From assembly GCA_037134695.1 (NCBI GenBank), contig JBAXLU010000001.1:11551-75550 (forward strand): DNA of 64,000 bases. The letters run 5' to 3'. This DNA comes from Candidatus Nomurabacteria bacterium. Its GTDB lineage: Bacteria; Patescibacteriota; Minisyncoccia; Phycocordibacterales; UBA5272. A program made the position numbers and the translations under genes. Shown here piece by piece: positions 51,313-60,305 of the stretch. Position 1 is the stretch's first letter, and each line of letters opens with the position of its first letter. The notes below the pieces were generated by a model. The model ran no database searches. It saw only the letters and a program-made list of their open reading frames with translations, and had not been told where the DNA came from.

Positions 51313-51383
51313 TGCGGGATAGGAGAATCGAACTCCTGTCTCAACCTTGGGAAGGTCGCATTCTACCACTAAACCAATCCCGC
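51313..51383 (-). tRNA. tRNA-Gly(CCC)
   Basis: GCGGGAT/ATCCCGC acceptor, CGACC-TTCCCAA-GGTTG, GTTCGATTC; CCA not encoded. Confidence 0.95.
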
Positions 51384-51473
51384 ATTTAATTTGTATCTTA
51401 TAGGATATCATATTTTAATTAAATTTCATTTTAATTTGCGGAAAGTTAGCATGCTAAGGTATAATACATTTCT

Positions 51474-51740
51474 ATGGATACAAATAACACAAACACAACG
51501 GGGGCTAAGGTAGATATTTATAGTACAAACTCATGTCATTTTTGTCATATGGCAAAGGAATGGCTTACAGAGAAAAATATTCCATATAATGATTTTAATG
51601 TTGGAATGGATCAAGTGAAAAGAAAAGAAATGGTAGAGATAACAGGTCAGCTAGGTGTACCAGTTATAAAAATTGGAGATGATGTAATGATTGGATTTAA
51701 TCCAGAGAAGATGGCGAGTTTATTAGGGATTGCAGTTTAA
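51474..51740 (+). CDS. Glutaredoxin/NrdH-like redoxin
   Basis: YSTNSCHFC, TGQLGVPV, IGF. Confidence 0.92.
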   Translation: MDTNNTNTTGAKVDIYSTNSCHFCHMAKEWLTEKNIPYNDFNVGMDQVKRKEMVEITGQLGVPVIKIGDDVMIGFNPEKMASLLGIAV

Positions 51741-51841
51741 GATAAGTATAGAATACAAAAAGCAACATCATATGATGTTGCTTTTTGTATTCTGTTGATA
51801 TGTATATATACTTAATCCTAAGATATGGTATATATACATAT

Positions 51842-52477
51842 ATGGGAAAACCAAAAATAAAAGAAGATATTTTATATAAATTAAAATTACTGAGAGAGTC
51901 AGGTAAATCTATTGCGGAAATAGTTAATGAATTAGGTTTGGGTAAGGGAACAGTTGGCAAATATTGTAGAGATATAAAATTAAATAAAAAAGCAAAACAA
52001 GTTTTAGAGACAAAAAGGTATCCATCAAGAAGAGTTTCATTAGAACAAAAATTAGAATCTAGAGAACATGCATCTAAAATTATTAAATCGTTAAACGATA
52101 GAGATATGTTTCTTATTTTTAGTGCTTTATATTGGGGCGAGGGAACCAAGAGTGAGCTTAATATAATCAATGGTGACCATAGATTAATAGATTTTTTCGT
52201 TAAAGGTCTAATATCTTTAGGGATTGAAAAGAAACGTATTAAAATCTCTATTCGTTTTTATTCAGGTCAGAATAAAAAAGAGCTTATTTCATTTTGGTTA
52301 AAATTACTTGCTTTAGATGAGTCAAATATAGTAGGCTTTGAAAAGGTGGAAGGAAATGGGAAAACAAATAAACTAATACATGGCATGTGTAGGGTAAGAG
52401 TACAAAAAAGTTCTTATTATCACAAACTAGTTACTAGTGCTATAGAAATAATATCCTCCGGTAGTTCAAATGGATAG
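51842..52477 (+). CDS. HTH + LAGLIDADG-like putative endonuclease; last 23 nt overlap tRNA-Arg
   Basis: HTH GKSIAEIVNELGLGKGTVGKY; SALYWGEG helix; stop TAG lies in the tRNA D-arm. Confidence 0.65.
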   Translation: MGKPKIKEDILYKLKLLRESGKSIAEIVNELGLGKGTVGKYCRDIKLNKKAKQVLETKRYPSRRVSLEQKLESREHASKIIKSLNDRDMFLIFSALYWGEGTKSELNIINGDHRLIDFFVKGLISLGIEKKRIKISIRFYSGQNKKELISFWLKLLALDESNIVGFEKVEGNGKTNKLIHGMCRVRVQKSSYYHKLVTSAIEIISSGSSNG

Positions 52478-52527
52478 AACAGAAGCGTCCTAAGCTTTTA
52501 ATGTGGGTTCAATTCCTGCCCGGGGGA
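52455..52527 (+). tRNA. tRNA-Arg(CCT)
   Basis: CCTCCGG/CCGGGGG acceptor, GAAGC-GTCCTAA-GCTTT, GGTTCAATTCC. Confidence 0.9.
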
Positions 52528-52550
52528 CAATGTGGTGATATACTAAATAT

Positions 52551-52889
52551 ATGAAAGTATCAGATTTAACCAATCAAGAAAAATTAGAGGAGATTTTTGA
52601 AATGACGAAAGAGAATCATGATGTTCTTATTGGCATAAGACGCCAGCAGTATGTCGCTAATGCTTTTCGTTTATTAACATGGGTAGTTGTCTTTGCTTCT
52701 TTGGGCGGTGCTTATTATTATGTAAAACCAGTAGTGGACAGTTTCAATCAAAATAAATCAAAGATTGATGACACTATAAAACAATTCAATGATTTGCGTT
52801 CTCAGTTACCAGAAACTAAATTACTTGATCAAGTATTACAGGGCATAAAAAAAGCTACTGGTAATACAGCGACTACTACGAATCAATAA
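52551..52889 (+). CDS. Hypothetical single-TM protein
   Basis: 112-aa ORF, TM followed by coiled coil. Confidence 0.7.
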   Translation: MKVSDLTNQEKLEEIFEMTKENHDVLIGIRRQQYVANAFRLLTWVVVFASLGGAYYYVKPVVDSFNQNKSKIDDTIKQFNDLRSQLPETKLLDQVLQGIKKATGNTATTTNQ

Positions 52890-52986
52890 AATATATCTTT
52901 TGTTTTAGCTGTTTTTATGATAGGATATTAAGACCTTTTAAATAGTTAAGAGGGAAGAGTTTAGAGAAATAAAGTAGATAAAACAT

Positions 52987-53005
52987 GCTGGGATAGCTCA
53001 GTTGG
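52987..53005 (+). repeat. 19-bp direct copy of the tRNA-Phe 5' end
   Basis: GCTGGGATAGCTCAGTTGG identical to 53085-53103. Confidence 0.9.
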
Positions 53006-53084
53006 CAAAAGAATTATTTGACATTTGCCGGCAAATGCTAAATTGGCATAAAGATAAAAACGTTTAGTGAGAAAAAGAATATTT

Positions 53085-53157
53085 GCTGGGATAGCTCAGT
53101 TGGTAGAGCATTTGCCTGAAGAGCAAGGGGTCGGCAGTTCGAGCCTGCCTCCCAGCA
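53085..53157 (+). tRNA. tRNA-Phe(GAA)
   Basis: GCTGGGA/TCCCAGC acceptor, TTTGC-CTGAAGA-GCAAG, GTTCGAGCC. Confidence 0.95.
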
Positions 53158-53341
53158 CAAAAAACAAAAACGAAGTCACATGACTTCGTTTTTGTATTTT
53201 GTGCTGGGAGAGTACGACGCCTGCGCGTCGTACGTGTAGGTTCGAATGGGCCTAAGTGTGCTTTCACTAGCAAGAAAAACCACGAGCGGCGGGCTGCGAG
53301 TTCGTCGAGTGGCGACGAGATGAAACTTGTAGCCGAGCCTG
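53158..53341 (+). mobile_element. tRNA trailer element (core A) after tRNA-Phe
   Basis: Antisense gtgctgggag...aggttcgaa; core aaaccacgagcggcgggctgcgagt ... aacttgtagc shared with the Thr copy; ends in sense cgagcctg. Confidence 0.75.
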
Positions 53342-53396
53342 ATTAGTATTGTTTCGACTTTTCTTCACCTTTTCCTATTTTTGTGGTATTGTAATA

Positions 53397-53515
53397 ATGC
53401 GTACAGTTCAATAGAGTAAATAGTCTTAAAATGACTTAATTTATCAGTCGTTTTCAGCATAGATATTCTATGTGGGATACATGACTGATAGCTTTGACTA
53501 TTGGACTGTACGCAT
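53397..53515. ncRNA. Candidate multibranch structured RNA
   Basis: 18-bp closing stem atgcgtacagttcaatag/ctattggactgtacgcat with inner stems. Confidence 0.4.
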
Positions 53516-53558
53516 CCACTGGGGTGCCTATTTTGTTTTTATACTAAAAATTAAATTC

Positions 53559-53750
53559 ATGAAAATTAAAATTGAGAGTATTGTTGAGGATTTAGATTAT
53601 GGCTTTAAAAGAGCCTTAGAGGAATCGGTCATTGAGATTTTACCATCTATTTCAGTTGACCGAAATATTTTATTTAAAGCTTTTATTAGATCTGTTGGTC
53701 GTAAGTTTAATACATGGGAAGAAGTTAGAGATGATTATATTCAAAAATAA
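53559..53750 (+). CDS. Small hypothetical protein (63 aa)
   Basis: ATG 53559 downstream of a TATACT -10. Confidence 0.6.
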   Translation: MKIKIESIVEDLDYGFKRALEESVIEILPSISVDRNILFKAFIRSVGRKFNTWEEVRDDYIQK

Positions 53751-53761
53751 TTTTTAATTTT

Positions 53762-53920
53762 ATGCTTACACTAGGACTTATATTAATCGTATTATTTTTT
53801 ATAATAGTAACGATTACAAATATTTTTAAAATAGAACCGGTTGATGTTATTTCAGGTATTACAGTTTTAATATTTGTGCTATTGGTTATTTTTGGGTTTT
53901 TTATCTTTACTCAACTTTAA
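53762..53920 (+). CDS. Small two-TM hypothetical protein (52 aa), not in the ORF track
   Basis: Hydrophobic ORF filling the gap between co-directional genes. Confidence 0.45.
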   Translation: MLTLGLILIVLFFIIVTITNIFKIEPVDVISGITVLIFVLLVIFGFFIFTQL

Positions 53921-53976
53921 AATATGGAAACATCAAATAACTTGGTGATAAAATTTACAATAAATAAATTGAAAAC

Positions 53977-54771
53977 ATGAAAAAATTTTGTAATCAATGC
54001 GGTTCTGATATAGAACATGAAAGTAAGTTCTGTTCCTCTTGTGGTATTAAGGTTAAGAAGGTTGAAGAAGAGATATCTGTAGAAAGAGTAGTAGAGAAAA
54101 CTAATAGACACTTTAAAGATATTGGTGGATGGTTATGGCTACCCATTATTGGACTTTGGGCTTATCTTATTATCAGTTTTATAGATTTGTTCATTGCTCT
54201 AAAATCTTTGGATCCTTTTGATTTTATTTTTACATTAGTAAATTTGTGTGCATTAGCCTATTTACTTTTGCTTGTAAAAAATAGAGATCATAGATTCCCG
54301 AAGTATTTTATTTATTATAGCGTTGCATCTATTTTGATCAATGCACTTGCTGTATTGATCATCTACAATACTGGAGGTTCTTCAAAAATTGAGACATGGT
54401 ATTTTCAGACAACCGATATTTATCGGGAGCTTACTAGAAGTGTTATTTTTGGGGTTATTTGGACTTGGTATTTTAGTGCATCTGAGAGAGTGAGTTTAAC
54501 ATTTGTTAATGGTTCTGATGGAAAATTTTCAAAAATACCTAAGTTATATTTTTTTTGTAAAAATTGTAATGTTCACTATTTCTCTGAAAAGGAGGTATGT
54601 CCAGAGTGTAATAATATCTCTAATAGAGATTTTGAATCGAAAAATACATCAAATAAAGAATATGAAAAAGAAATAGAAAACTCTATTTCTTTTGCTAATG
54701 GATCCATTATGGATATTATGTTTTTTAGTTTTATTATTTTTTTGATCGCTGCTATTATTTTTAGATTTTAA
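53977..54771 (+). CDS. Zinc-ribbon + DUF2569-like membrane protein
   Basis: FCNQCG..FCSSCG, IGGWLWL, WTWYF..SERV..TF, second CxxC..CxxC. Confidence 0.75.
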   Translation: MKKFCNQCGSDIEHESKFCSSCGIKVKKVEEEISVERVVEKTNRHFKDIGGWLWLPIIGLWAYLIISFIDLFIALKSLDPFDFIFTLVNLCALAYLLLLVKNRDHRFPKYFIYYSVASILINALAVLIIYNTGGSSKIETWYFQTTDIYRELTRSVIFGVIWTWYFSASERVSLTFVNGSDGKFSKIPKLYFFCKNCNVHYFSEKEVCPECNNISNRDFESKNTSNKEYEKEIENSISFANGSIMDIMFFSFIIFLIAAIIFRF

Positions 54772-54787
54772 TAAATACTAGTTAATA

Positions 54788-55330
54788 ATGTTTATCCACC
54801 ACAGTATGGAAAATAAAATTGAACCAAGTCTTGAAAATATATCAGGATATATAAAATACACTATTCAAATAAGAGAGAAATTAACTGATAATTATTTGAA
54901 GGAAATGAATCAAATCTTTCAGTATATTCAGTCTTTGATGGGTACTCTTGGAATTATAGCGGGGTTTGGGTTTACAGCTTTTCAGTTCATTGAAAGTAAA
55001 TGTTTATTTTTTATAGGTGAATTTTTAGTTGTTGGTTCAATAGTATTTTTGATATATAAACTAAAAATATATGTAGCAGGACAACCAATGAATACAGAAC
55101 AGCAAATAAATAATTATTCAGAAGAAGCAAGAAAAGTTAAGGGGGCAATTTTAAACAATGATGAATTAGAGCTTAAAAATTTTGTGGATGGATTTAGTAA
55201 AAAAGTAAATGATGTTTCTATTATATTACCACTTAAGATGGCGAAGATAATAAATGAATCTTTGGAAAAGGCATTTTTATGTAGTGTTTTTGGAATTATT
55301 TTAATTTTTCTTTCATTTTGGCATTTTTAA
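54788..55330 (+). CDS. Hypothetical membrane protein
   Basis: Three TM segments. Confidence 0.65.
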   Translation: MFIHHSMENKIEPSLENISGYIKYTIQIREKLTDNYLKEMNQIFQYIQSLMGTLGIIAGFGFTAFQFIESKCLFFIGEFLVVGSIVFLIYKLKIYVAGQPMNTEQQINNYSEEARKVKGAILNNDELELKNFVDGFSKKVNDVSIILPLKMAKIINESLEKAFLCSVFGIILIFLSFWHF

Positions 55331-55351
55331 AAAAAGGATTAAACTCATTTT

Positions 55352-56101
55352 ATGACCCTAAAAAATCTTAAAAATAAATTTCTCTCAAAACTATCAACCT
55401 ACAACAGTAGGAATATAGTATTTAGAATATTTCTTATTATTTTTAGTATTGCTTTATTAAGTATTTTTCTTAATTTCCAAAATAAGAGAAATGAAGATTT
55501 ATATAAAAATTATATAAAAATTGCTGAACAGCAAATATCTGATGGTAAAAATAAGGAAGCTATTGAAACTCTTAACGGTGCTATAAAATTAAAACCAAAA
55601 GAACAAGTGGGTTATGTCATGAGAGCTTTTTCTCTTGGGCATGAAGGAAGATACAATGAAGCATTACAAGATACTGATTCAGCAGTTTCTATTAATGGTA
55701 TTAAGTCTGCAGAGTTTTATAATTTGAGAGGTATTTTATTAAGAAATGATAAAAGGCTAGAAGAATCTTTAGATTCATACAGTAAGGCATACGAATTAGA
55801 ACCTTTGAATAGAGATATTGTACATAGTTATTTAGGAGGATTGATTTATTTTGATAAAGACAAAGATGCTTATCCTGTAATTATGAATTATATAAATAAT
55901 ACTAATAAAGATGATTATTGGAATGATGTAGATATATGGGTAGATAAAGCTACTATTGAATTAGCTATAAAAAAGTGTAGTGATGCTGGAGCTAGTGCAT
56001 GGCATGTGCTTATGAGATCTGAGGAAGGTAGTGATACTAACAAAGTGGCAGGGGCAATAATGAAGCTATCTTTAGAAAAAAGTAATTGTTCAGATAAATA
56101 A
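55352..56101 (+). CDS. Membrane-anchored TPR protein
   Basis: TM followed by TPR-like repeats (GRYNEALQD, YNLRG..L, YSKAYELEP). Confidence 0.8.
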   Translation: MTLKNLKNKFLSKLSTYNSRNIVFRIFLIIFSIALLSIFLNFQNKRNEDLYKNYIKIAEQQISDGKNKEAIETLNGAIKLKPKEQVGYVMRAFSLGHEGRYNEALQDTDSAVSINGIKSAEFYNLRGILLRNDKRLEESLDSYSKAYELEPLNRDIVHSYLGGLIYFDKDKDAYPVIMNYINNTNKDDYWNDVDIWVDKATIELAIKKCSDAGASAWHVLMRSEEGSDTNKVAGAIMKLSLEKSNCSDK

Positions 56102-56181
56102 TTTGAAATGGTTTAGAGTTTTCTATCGAATACACAAATACAAAAAACCAGTCGTAAGACTGGTTTTTTGTATTTCCGTAT

Positions 56182-56310
56182 TATATAAGTCAGAAATTAT
56201 TTTAGATACAAGGCACGGAGAAACATTTTTAGGAGACGTACGAGGGAGTACGTTGAGTAAAAATGAGAGGCTCCGTAACGCAGTAGATGAAACAATTTAT
56301 GACTTATATA
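56182..56310 (-). repeat. Palindromic element copy 7, overlapping the Hsp20 stop
   Basis: Minus strand aagtcataaatt..catctactgcgtt...ccttgtatct..aatttctgactt; inner arms identical to the typA copy. Confidence 0.85.
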
Positions 56311-56849
56311 CTTTTAACTTTAAGTTTGGTTTGTCTCGCCTTATCAACTTTCGGTAATCTGATAATGAGTAATCCATGCTTTTCAACAGCTTCAGCTTCT
56401 TCAATTTCAACTTCATGTGGAAGTAAAATTGAACGAGTGAAACTTCCCCAGTAGAGCTCTTTGTAGAAATAGTCATCATGAGTAACTTGGGTGTTTCCAT
56501 CACGACGTCCTTTGATAGTAACCATATCACGAGTGATAGATAGGTGAAGGTCTTCTGGTTTTACACCTGCAACCATAGCCTCGATAATTATCTCTGTATT
56601 AGTTTGGTAGACATCAACAGATAGTTCTCCTTCTTCCATATCAGCTTCTTCTTCATCGTCATAAGTTATATGGGTAGCTGTCTTTGGTATAGACATAGCA
56701 CTGCTTTTAGCTTTGGCAGGGACATGTTTTATTGGAAGCTCTTCCTCTTCTCCACCCTCTTGTTCAAATGGCATGATTGGTTCATCCTCATCGTCAACAC
56801 TAATTGAACCTGCAAGTCTTTCAAAAAATGATTTTTTTTCTTTAAGCAT
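56304..56849 (-). CDS. Small heat-shock protein Hsp20
   Basis: VDVYQT, AGVKPEDL, YWGSFTRSILLP, GLLIIRLPK. Confidence 0.93.
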   Translation of the reverse strand: MLKEKKSFFERLAGSISVDDEDEPIMPFEQEGGEEEELPIKHVPAKAKSSAMSIPKTATHITYDDEEEADMEEGELSVDVYQTNTEIIIEAMVAGVKPEDLHLSITRDMVTIKGRRDGNTQVTHDDYFYKELYWGSFTRSILLPHEVEIEEAEAVEKHGLLIIRLPKVDKARQTKLKVKSI

Positions 56850-56996
56850 AATAATTACCAAGTTAGATGTGTATGAATATAGTATACAACTAGTAATGTT
56901 AATAAATATGAAAAGTTATACACAGTACGACGAGCGAAGGCGAGGAAGTCACTGAGCATAGCAATGTGAAGTGTCGGGCAGATGTTTAGAAATAAT

Positions 56997-57132
56997 CGAA
57001 AGTTCATCAAGTTTGAAGTCGAAAGTTTATAAAGTTAGTAAAGTTGAAAGTCATACAAAATACATTGGCGACACCTTCGGTGTCGCCAATGTATTTACTT
57101 TATGAACTTTAAAACTTTATAAACTTTCAACT
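56997..57132. repeat. Inverted AAAGT/ACTTT tandem-arm element with AAATAC-hairpin-GTATTT core (also likely valS terminator)
   Basis: aaatacattggcgacacc-ttc-ggtgtcgccaatgtattt between inverted arms. Confidence 0.85.
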
Positions 57133-57136
57133 AGAT

Positions 57137-59272
57137 CTACCATTTAGTTACAATCAATAAATCATCCTCCTCCGTCTTTACATACTTCCATAATTCTTCA
57201 GAAATGAAAGGCATGAATGGGTGAATAACTATAAGTTGTTCACGAAGCAATTTTAATAATAAAGCTTGAGCACTGGCCTTATCTTTATCCTCTAATATTC
57301 TAGTCTTTCTTGTTTCTATAATGTCATCACAAAAGACTTTCCAGAAATAGTCATATATTTTCTCTGATGCAATATGCAATTTAAAGTCCTCAATATCTTT
57401 TGTTATGGCATCTTTTTTCTCACACCATGCATCATACACTGCTTGGTCCTCATCATTTAATTCCGCACCGCCTTCATAGTCAGTAGTCCTTTCAAGTACG
57501 AATCGTGATGCATTCCAAATTTTATTTGCAAACTTTTTATAAGCCTCAACTTTTTTTGGATCAAGATTCATATCAACTCCAGGAGCATTGTTTACAATTA
57601 ATCCCATGCGAAGAGCGTCCGTCCCATATTGATTTGATATATCAAGAGGGGAAATAACATTCCCTTTACTCTTACTCATTTTCTTTCCTTTTGCATCACG
57701 CACTAGCCCGTGAAGATAAACATGACTAAATGGAGTTTTGCCAGTTACATATATTCCAAGCATCATCATACGCACAACCCAGAATAGTAGTATGTCGAAA
57801 CCCGTCTCCATAACTTGCGTCGGATAATATTTTTCAAAATCCCCAGGCTTGGTATTTTGTAATGTCGCAAATGGCCACTGACCAGATGAGAACCATGTAT
57901 CGAATGAATCAGGGTCTTGCATTAGCTCGCCATTACATTTTTCACACACAGTTAATTTATTATCTAGGTCTACATATCCAGCATCACAGTTGTGACACAG
58001 TTTTGCAGGAATTGGTATCCCCCAGACAATTTGTCTTGAAATATTCCAGTCTTGAATATTTTCCATCCAATGATAAAAGATTTTTTCATGTTGCTCAGTT
58101 AAGATTTTTGTCTCACCATTTTTCACGGCTTCGATTGCTTTTTCAGCCAACGGTTTCATTTTTATAAACCACTGTGGTTTAACTTGTGGTTCAAGTTCGC
58201 GTTCACATTTATAACAAACAGAAACATCGTGAGAGTATTCATTATCTATTTTTACAAGTAATCCTTTTGCATCTAATTTCTCTACAATTTTCTCGCGCGC
58301 ATCTTTTATACTCATTCCAGAGAATTCTCCTGCGATAGGTAGCAACTTTCCTCTCTCGTCGATTATTTGTTCAAAATCTAAATCATATTTTTTTGCGATA
58401 TCGAAGTCAACTCCCGAATGCCACGGAGTAATAGTCATCGCACCGCTACCAAATTCTGGATCACTTGCCTCATCTTTGATAATTGTTGCTTCTATTGGTC
58501 CATTGATCCACTCAACCGTTAATTTGTCACCGTGTTTGTATTCCTTATAACGCTCATCATCCGGATGCATTACAACATACTTGTCTCCGAACTTTGTTTC
58601 AGGACGAACAGTTCCAATAGTAAAAGGTCCATATTTAAAATAATAGAATGGGTCTTTTCTTGTTACGTGTTCAGTTTCCAAATTAGAAAGTGAAGTTTGA
58701 TGTTTTGTACACCAATTAACTATTCTTTTTCCACGATAAAGAAGTTTGTCATCGTCTAGTTTCTTAAAAGTATTGTAAACAGTTTTTATTATTCCATCGT
58801 CTAGTGTAAAGACTTCACGTGACCAATCACAACTAGCACCTAGCTGGCGGATTTGTCCTTCCATAAATGATTTATTAAAAAGAGTAAAGTCCATAATCTC
58901 TTTATATAAATCTTCACGCTTCATATCAAATCGTGAGCGTCCTTCTTTCTCTAATTTTTTTTCATAAACAGTCTGTGTCTCAAATCCAGCATGGTCAGCA
59001 CCAGGAAGCCATAGTGTGCGCTTGCCATTCATACGATTGAAACGAATCAAAATATCTTCTACTGTTACGAAAAGTGCATGCCCTGCGTGTAGTGAGCCGT
59101 TAGCATTAGGAGGCGGCATTATTATGGTGTAAGTTTCTTTTCTCTCACCTTTTAAATTGTCAGGATTAAAGTATCCTCCTTTTTCCCACATTTCATATAA
59201 AGAAGGCTCAACCATTTTTGCATCAAATGGTTTCATTAATTGTTCTAAGTTTTTTTCGGGTGATTGCTTCAT
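57137..59272 (-). CDS. valS: Valine-tRNA ligase (no C-terminal coiled coil)
   Basis: PPPNANGSLHAGH, DHAG, DWNISRQIVWG, DTWFSS, KMSKS. Confidence 0.96.
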   Translation of the reverse strand: MKQSPEKNLEQLMKPFDAKMVEPSLYEMWEKGGYFNPDNLKGERKETYTIIMPPPNANGSLHAGHALFVTVEDILIRFNRMNGKRTLWLPGADHAGFETQTVYEKKLEKEGRSRFDMKREDLYKEIMDFTLFNKSFMEGQIRQLGASCDWSREVFTLDDGIIKTVYNTFKKLDDDKLLYRGKRIVNWCTKHQTSLSNLETEHVTRKDPFYYFKYGPFTIGTVRPETKFGDKYVVMHPDDERYKEYKHGDKLTVEWINGPIEATIIKDEASDPEFGSGAMTITPWHSGVDFDIAKKYDLDFEQIIDERGKLLPIAGEFSGMSIKDAREKIVEKLDAKGLLVKIDNEYSHDVSVCYKCERELEPQVKPQWFIKMKPLAEKAIEAVKNGETKILTEQHEKIFYHWMENIQDWNISRQIVWGIPIPAKLCHNCDAGYVDLDNKLTVCEKCNGELMQDPDSFDTWFSSGQWPFATLQNTKPGDFEKYYPTQVMETGFDILLFWVVRMMMLGIYVTGKTPFSHVYLHGLVRDAKGKKMSKSKGNVISPLDISNQYGTDALRMGLIVNNAPGVDMNLDPKKVEAYKKFANKIWNASRFVLERTTDYEGGAELNDEDQAVYDAWCEKKDAITKDIEDFKLHIASEKIYDYFWKVFCDDIIETRKTRILEDKDKASAQALLLKLLREQLIVIHPFMPFISEELWKYVKTEEDDLLIVTKW

Positions 59273-59330
59273 ATATATAGTATGTGATAATCTTATACTT
59301 TCTTATTTATATAGTAATCCTACCACAAAC

Positions 59331-59828
59331 ATGTTCAAAAAACAGTCTAAAGTTCTAAAACAAGGCTCAAAGACCTTGGCACAAAAAATTAGTAAAATTT
59401 CTCCAAATAAAAAACAGCTTCCAGATCATCATTTCAAGATTGTTAAGGTTAAGCGTGGATTAGATGGAATGGGATTATTTGCTGGAGAAGATATTAAAAA
59501 AGGGGAGATGATAATTGAATATATTGGTAATATCATAACCACAAAAGAGGCTAATGATATGACAGAGAATCAGTATCTTTTTGAAATAAATACGAGAAAG
59601 ACAATTGATGGATCACCAAAATGGAATATCGCACGTTATTGTAACCATGCATGTGGAGATGATGCAAATGCCGAGAGTGATATAAAGAAGGGAAGAGTTT
59701 TTGTAATCGCTACTAAAGAAATAAAAAAAGGAGAAGAAATTGTTTATGATTATGGAGAAGAATTTGTTAAAGAACACATCGCACCGAGTGGATGTAGATG
59801 TAGAGCAATTAAACATCATTATGTTTAA
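59331..59828 (+). CDS. SET-domain protein-lysine methyltransferase
   Basis: GMGLFA, IIEYIG, ARYCNHAC, GEEIVYDY, post-SET CRC; ATG 59331. Confidence 0.92.
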   Translation: MFKKQSKVLKQGSKTLAQKISKISPNKKQLPDHHFKIVKVKRGLDGMGLFAGEDIKKGEMIIEYIGNIITTKEANDMTENQYLFEINTRKTIDGSPKWNIARYCNHACGDDANAESDIKKGRVFVIATKEIKKGEEIVYDYGEEFVKEHIAPSGCRCRAIKHHYV

Positions 59829-59837
59829 TTGCAGACA

Positions 59838-59988
59838 GTAGATTTTAGAAATCACCGCTGAGTGGGATAAATTAGATTTTAGATTAGATACAAATACAAC
59901 AAGAGTGGCACCTACGGTGCCACTCTTGTTGTATTTAAAGTCTTTTTTAGTGTTTAATCTAACATCTAAAATCTAATGTCTAAAGTCT
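59838..59988. repeat. Inverted TAGATTT/AATCTA heptamer-arm element with AAATAC-hairpin-GTATTT core
   Basis: tagattttagattagatac aaatacaacaagagtggcacc-tac-ggtgccactcttgttgtattt ... aatctaacatctaaaatctaatgtcta. Confidence 0.8.
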
Positions 59989-60185
59989 GTTCTTGCCAAT
60001 GCTTCGCATTTGCATTTAGTAGAAAAATAAAAATTTTAAAATAAAAAAGTTATCCACAAGTAAAAAATATTTTTTGCTTGTATGTATATGTATGAGTGTC
60101 ATACTTAGTGTATCGAGAGTAATGATCGCGGTCGTGATCAAAAAAATTACAAGTACTCTCTGATTTGTATAATAAAAATATTTTT

Positions 60186-60287
60186 ATGGCAGCAAAAAAG
60201 AAAGCGGTAAAGAAGGTAGCCAAGAAGGCAGTAAAGAAGGCAGCCCCAAAGAAGAAAGCCGCAAAGAAGTCAGCAAAGCGCGCATAG
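60186..60287 (+). CDS. 33-aa Lys/Ala-rich histone H1-like peptide, not in the ORF track
   Basis: MAAKKKAVKKVAKKAVKKAAPKKKAAKKSAKRA; synonymous codon variation; own terminator. Confidence 0.75.
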   Translation: MAAKKKAVKKVAKKAVKKAAPKKKAAKKSAKRA

Positions 60288-60305
60288 TCGCATTTGTGAA
60301 CTTAG

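Noticed and set aside
59157-59330. N-terminal extension of the SET protein
   Set aside because: It overlaps the valS start on the opposite strand; ATG 59331 is more plausible.
60050-60058. DnaA box TTATCCACA as a replication origin
   Set aside because: Single perfect box with no cluster and no dnaA/dnaN nearby.
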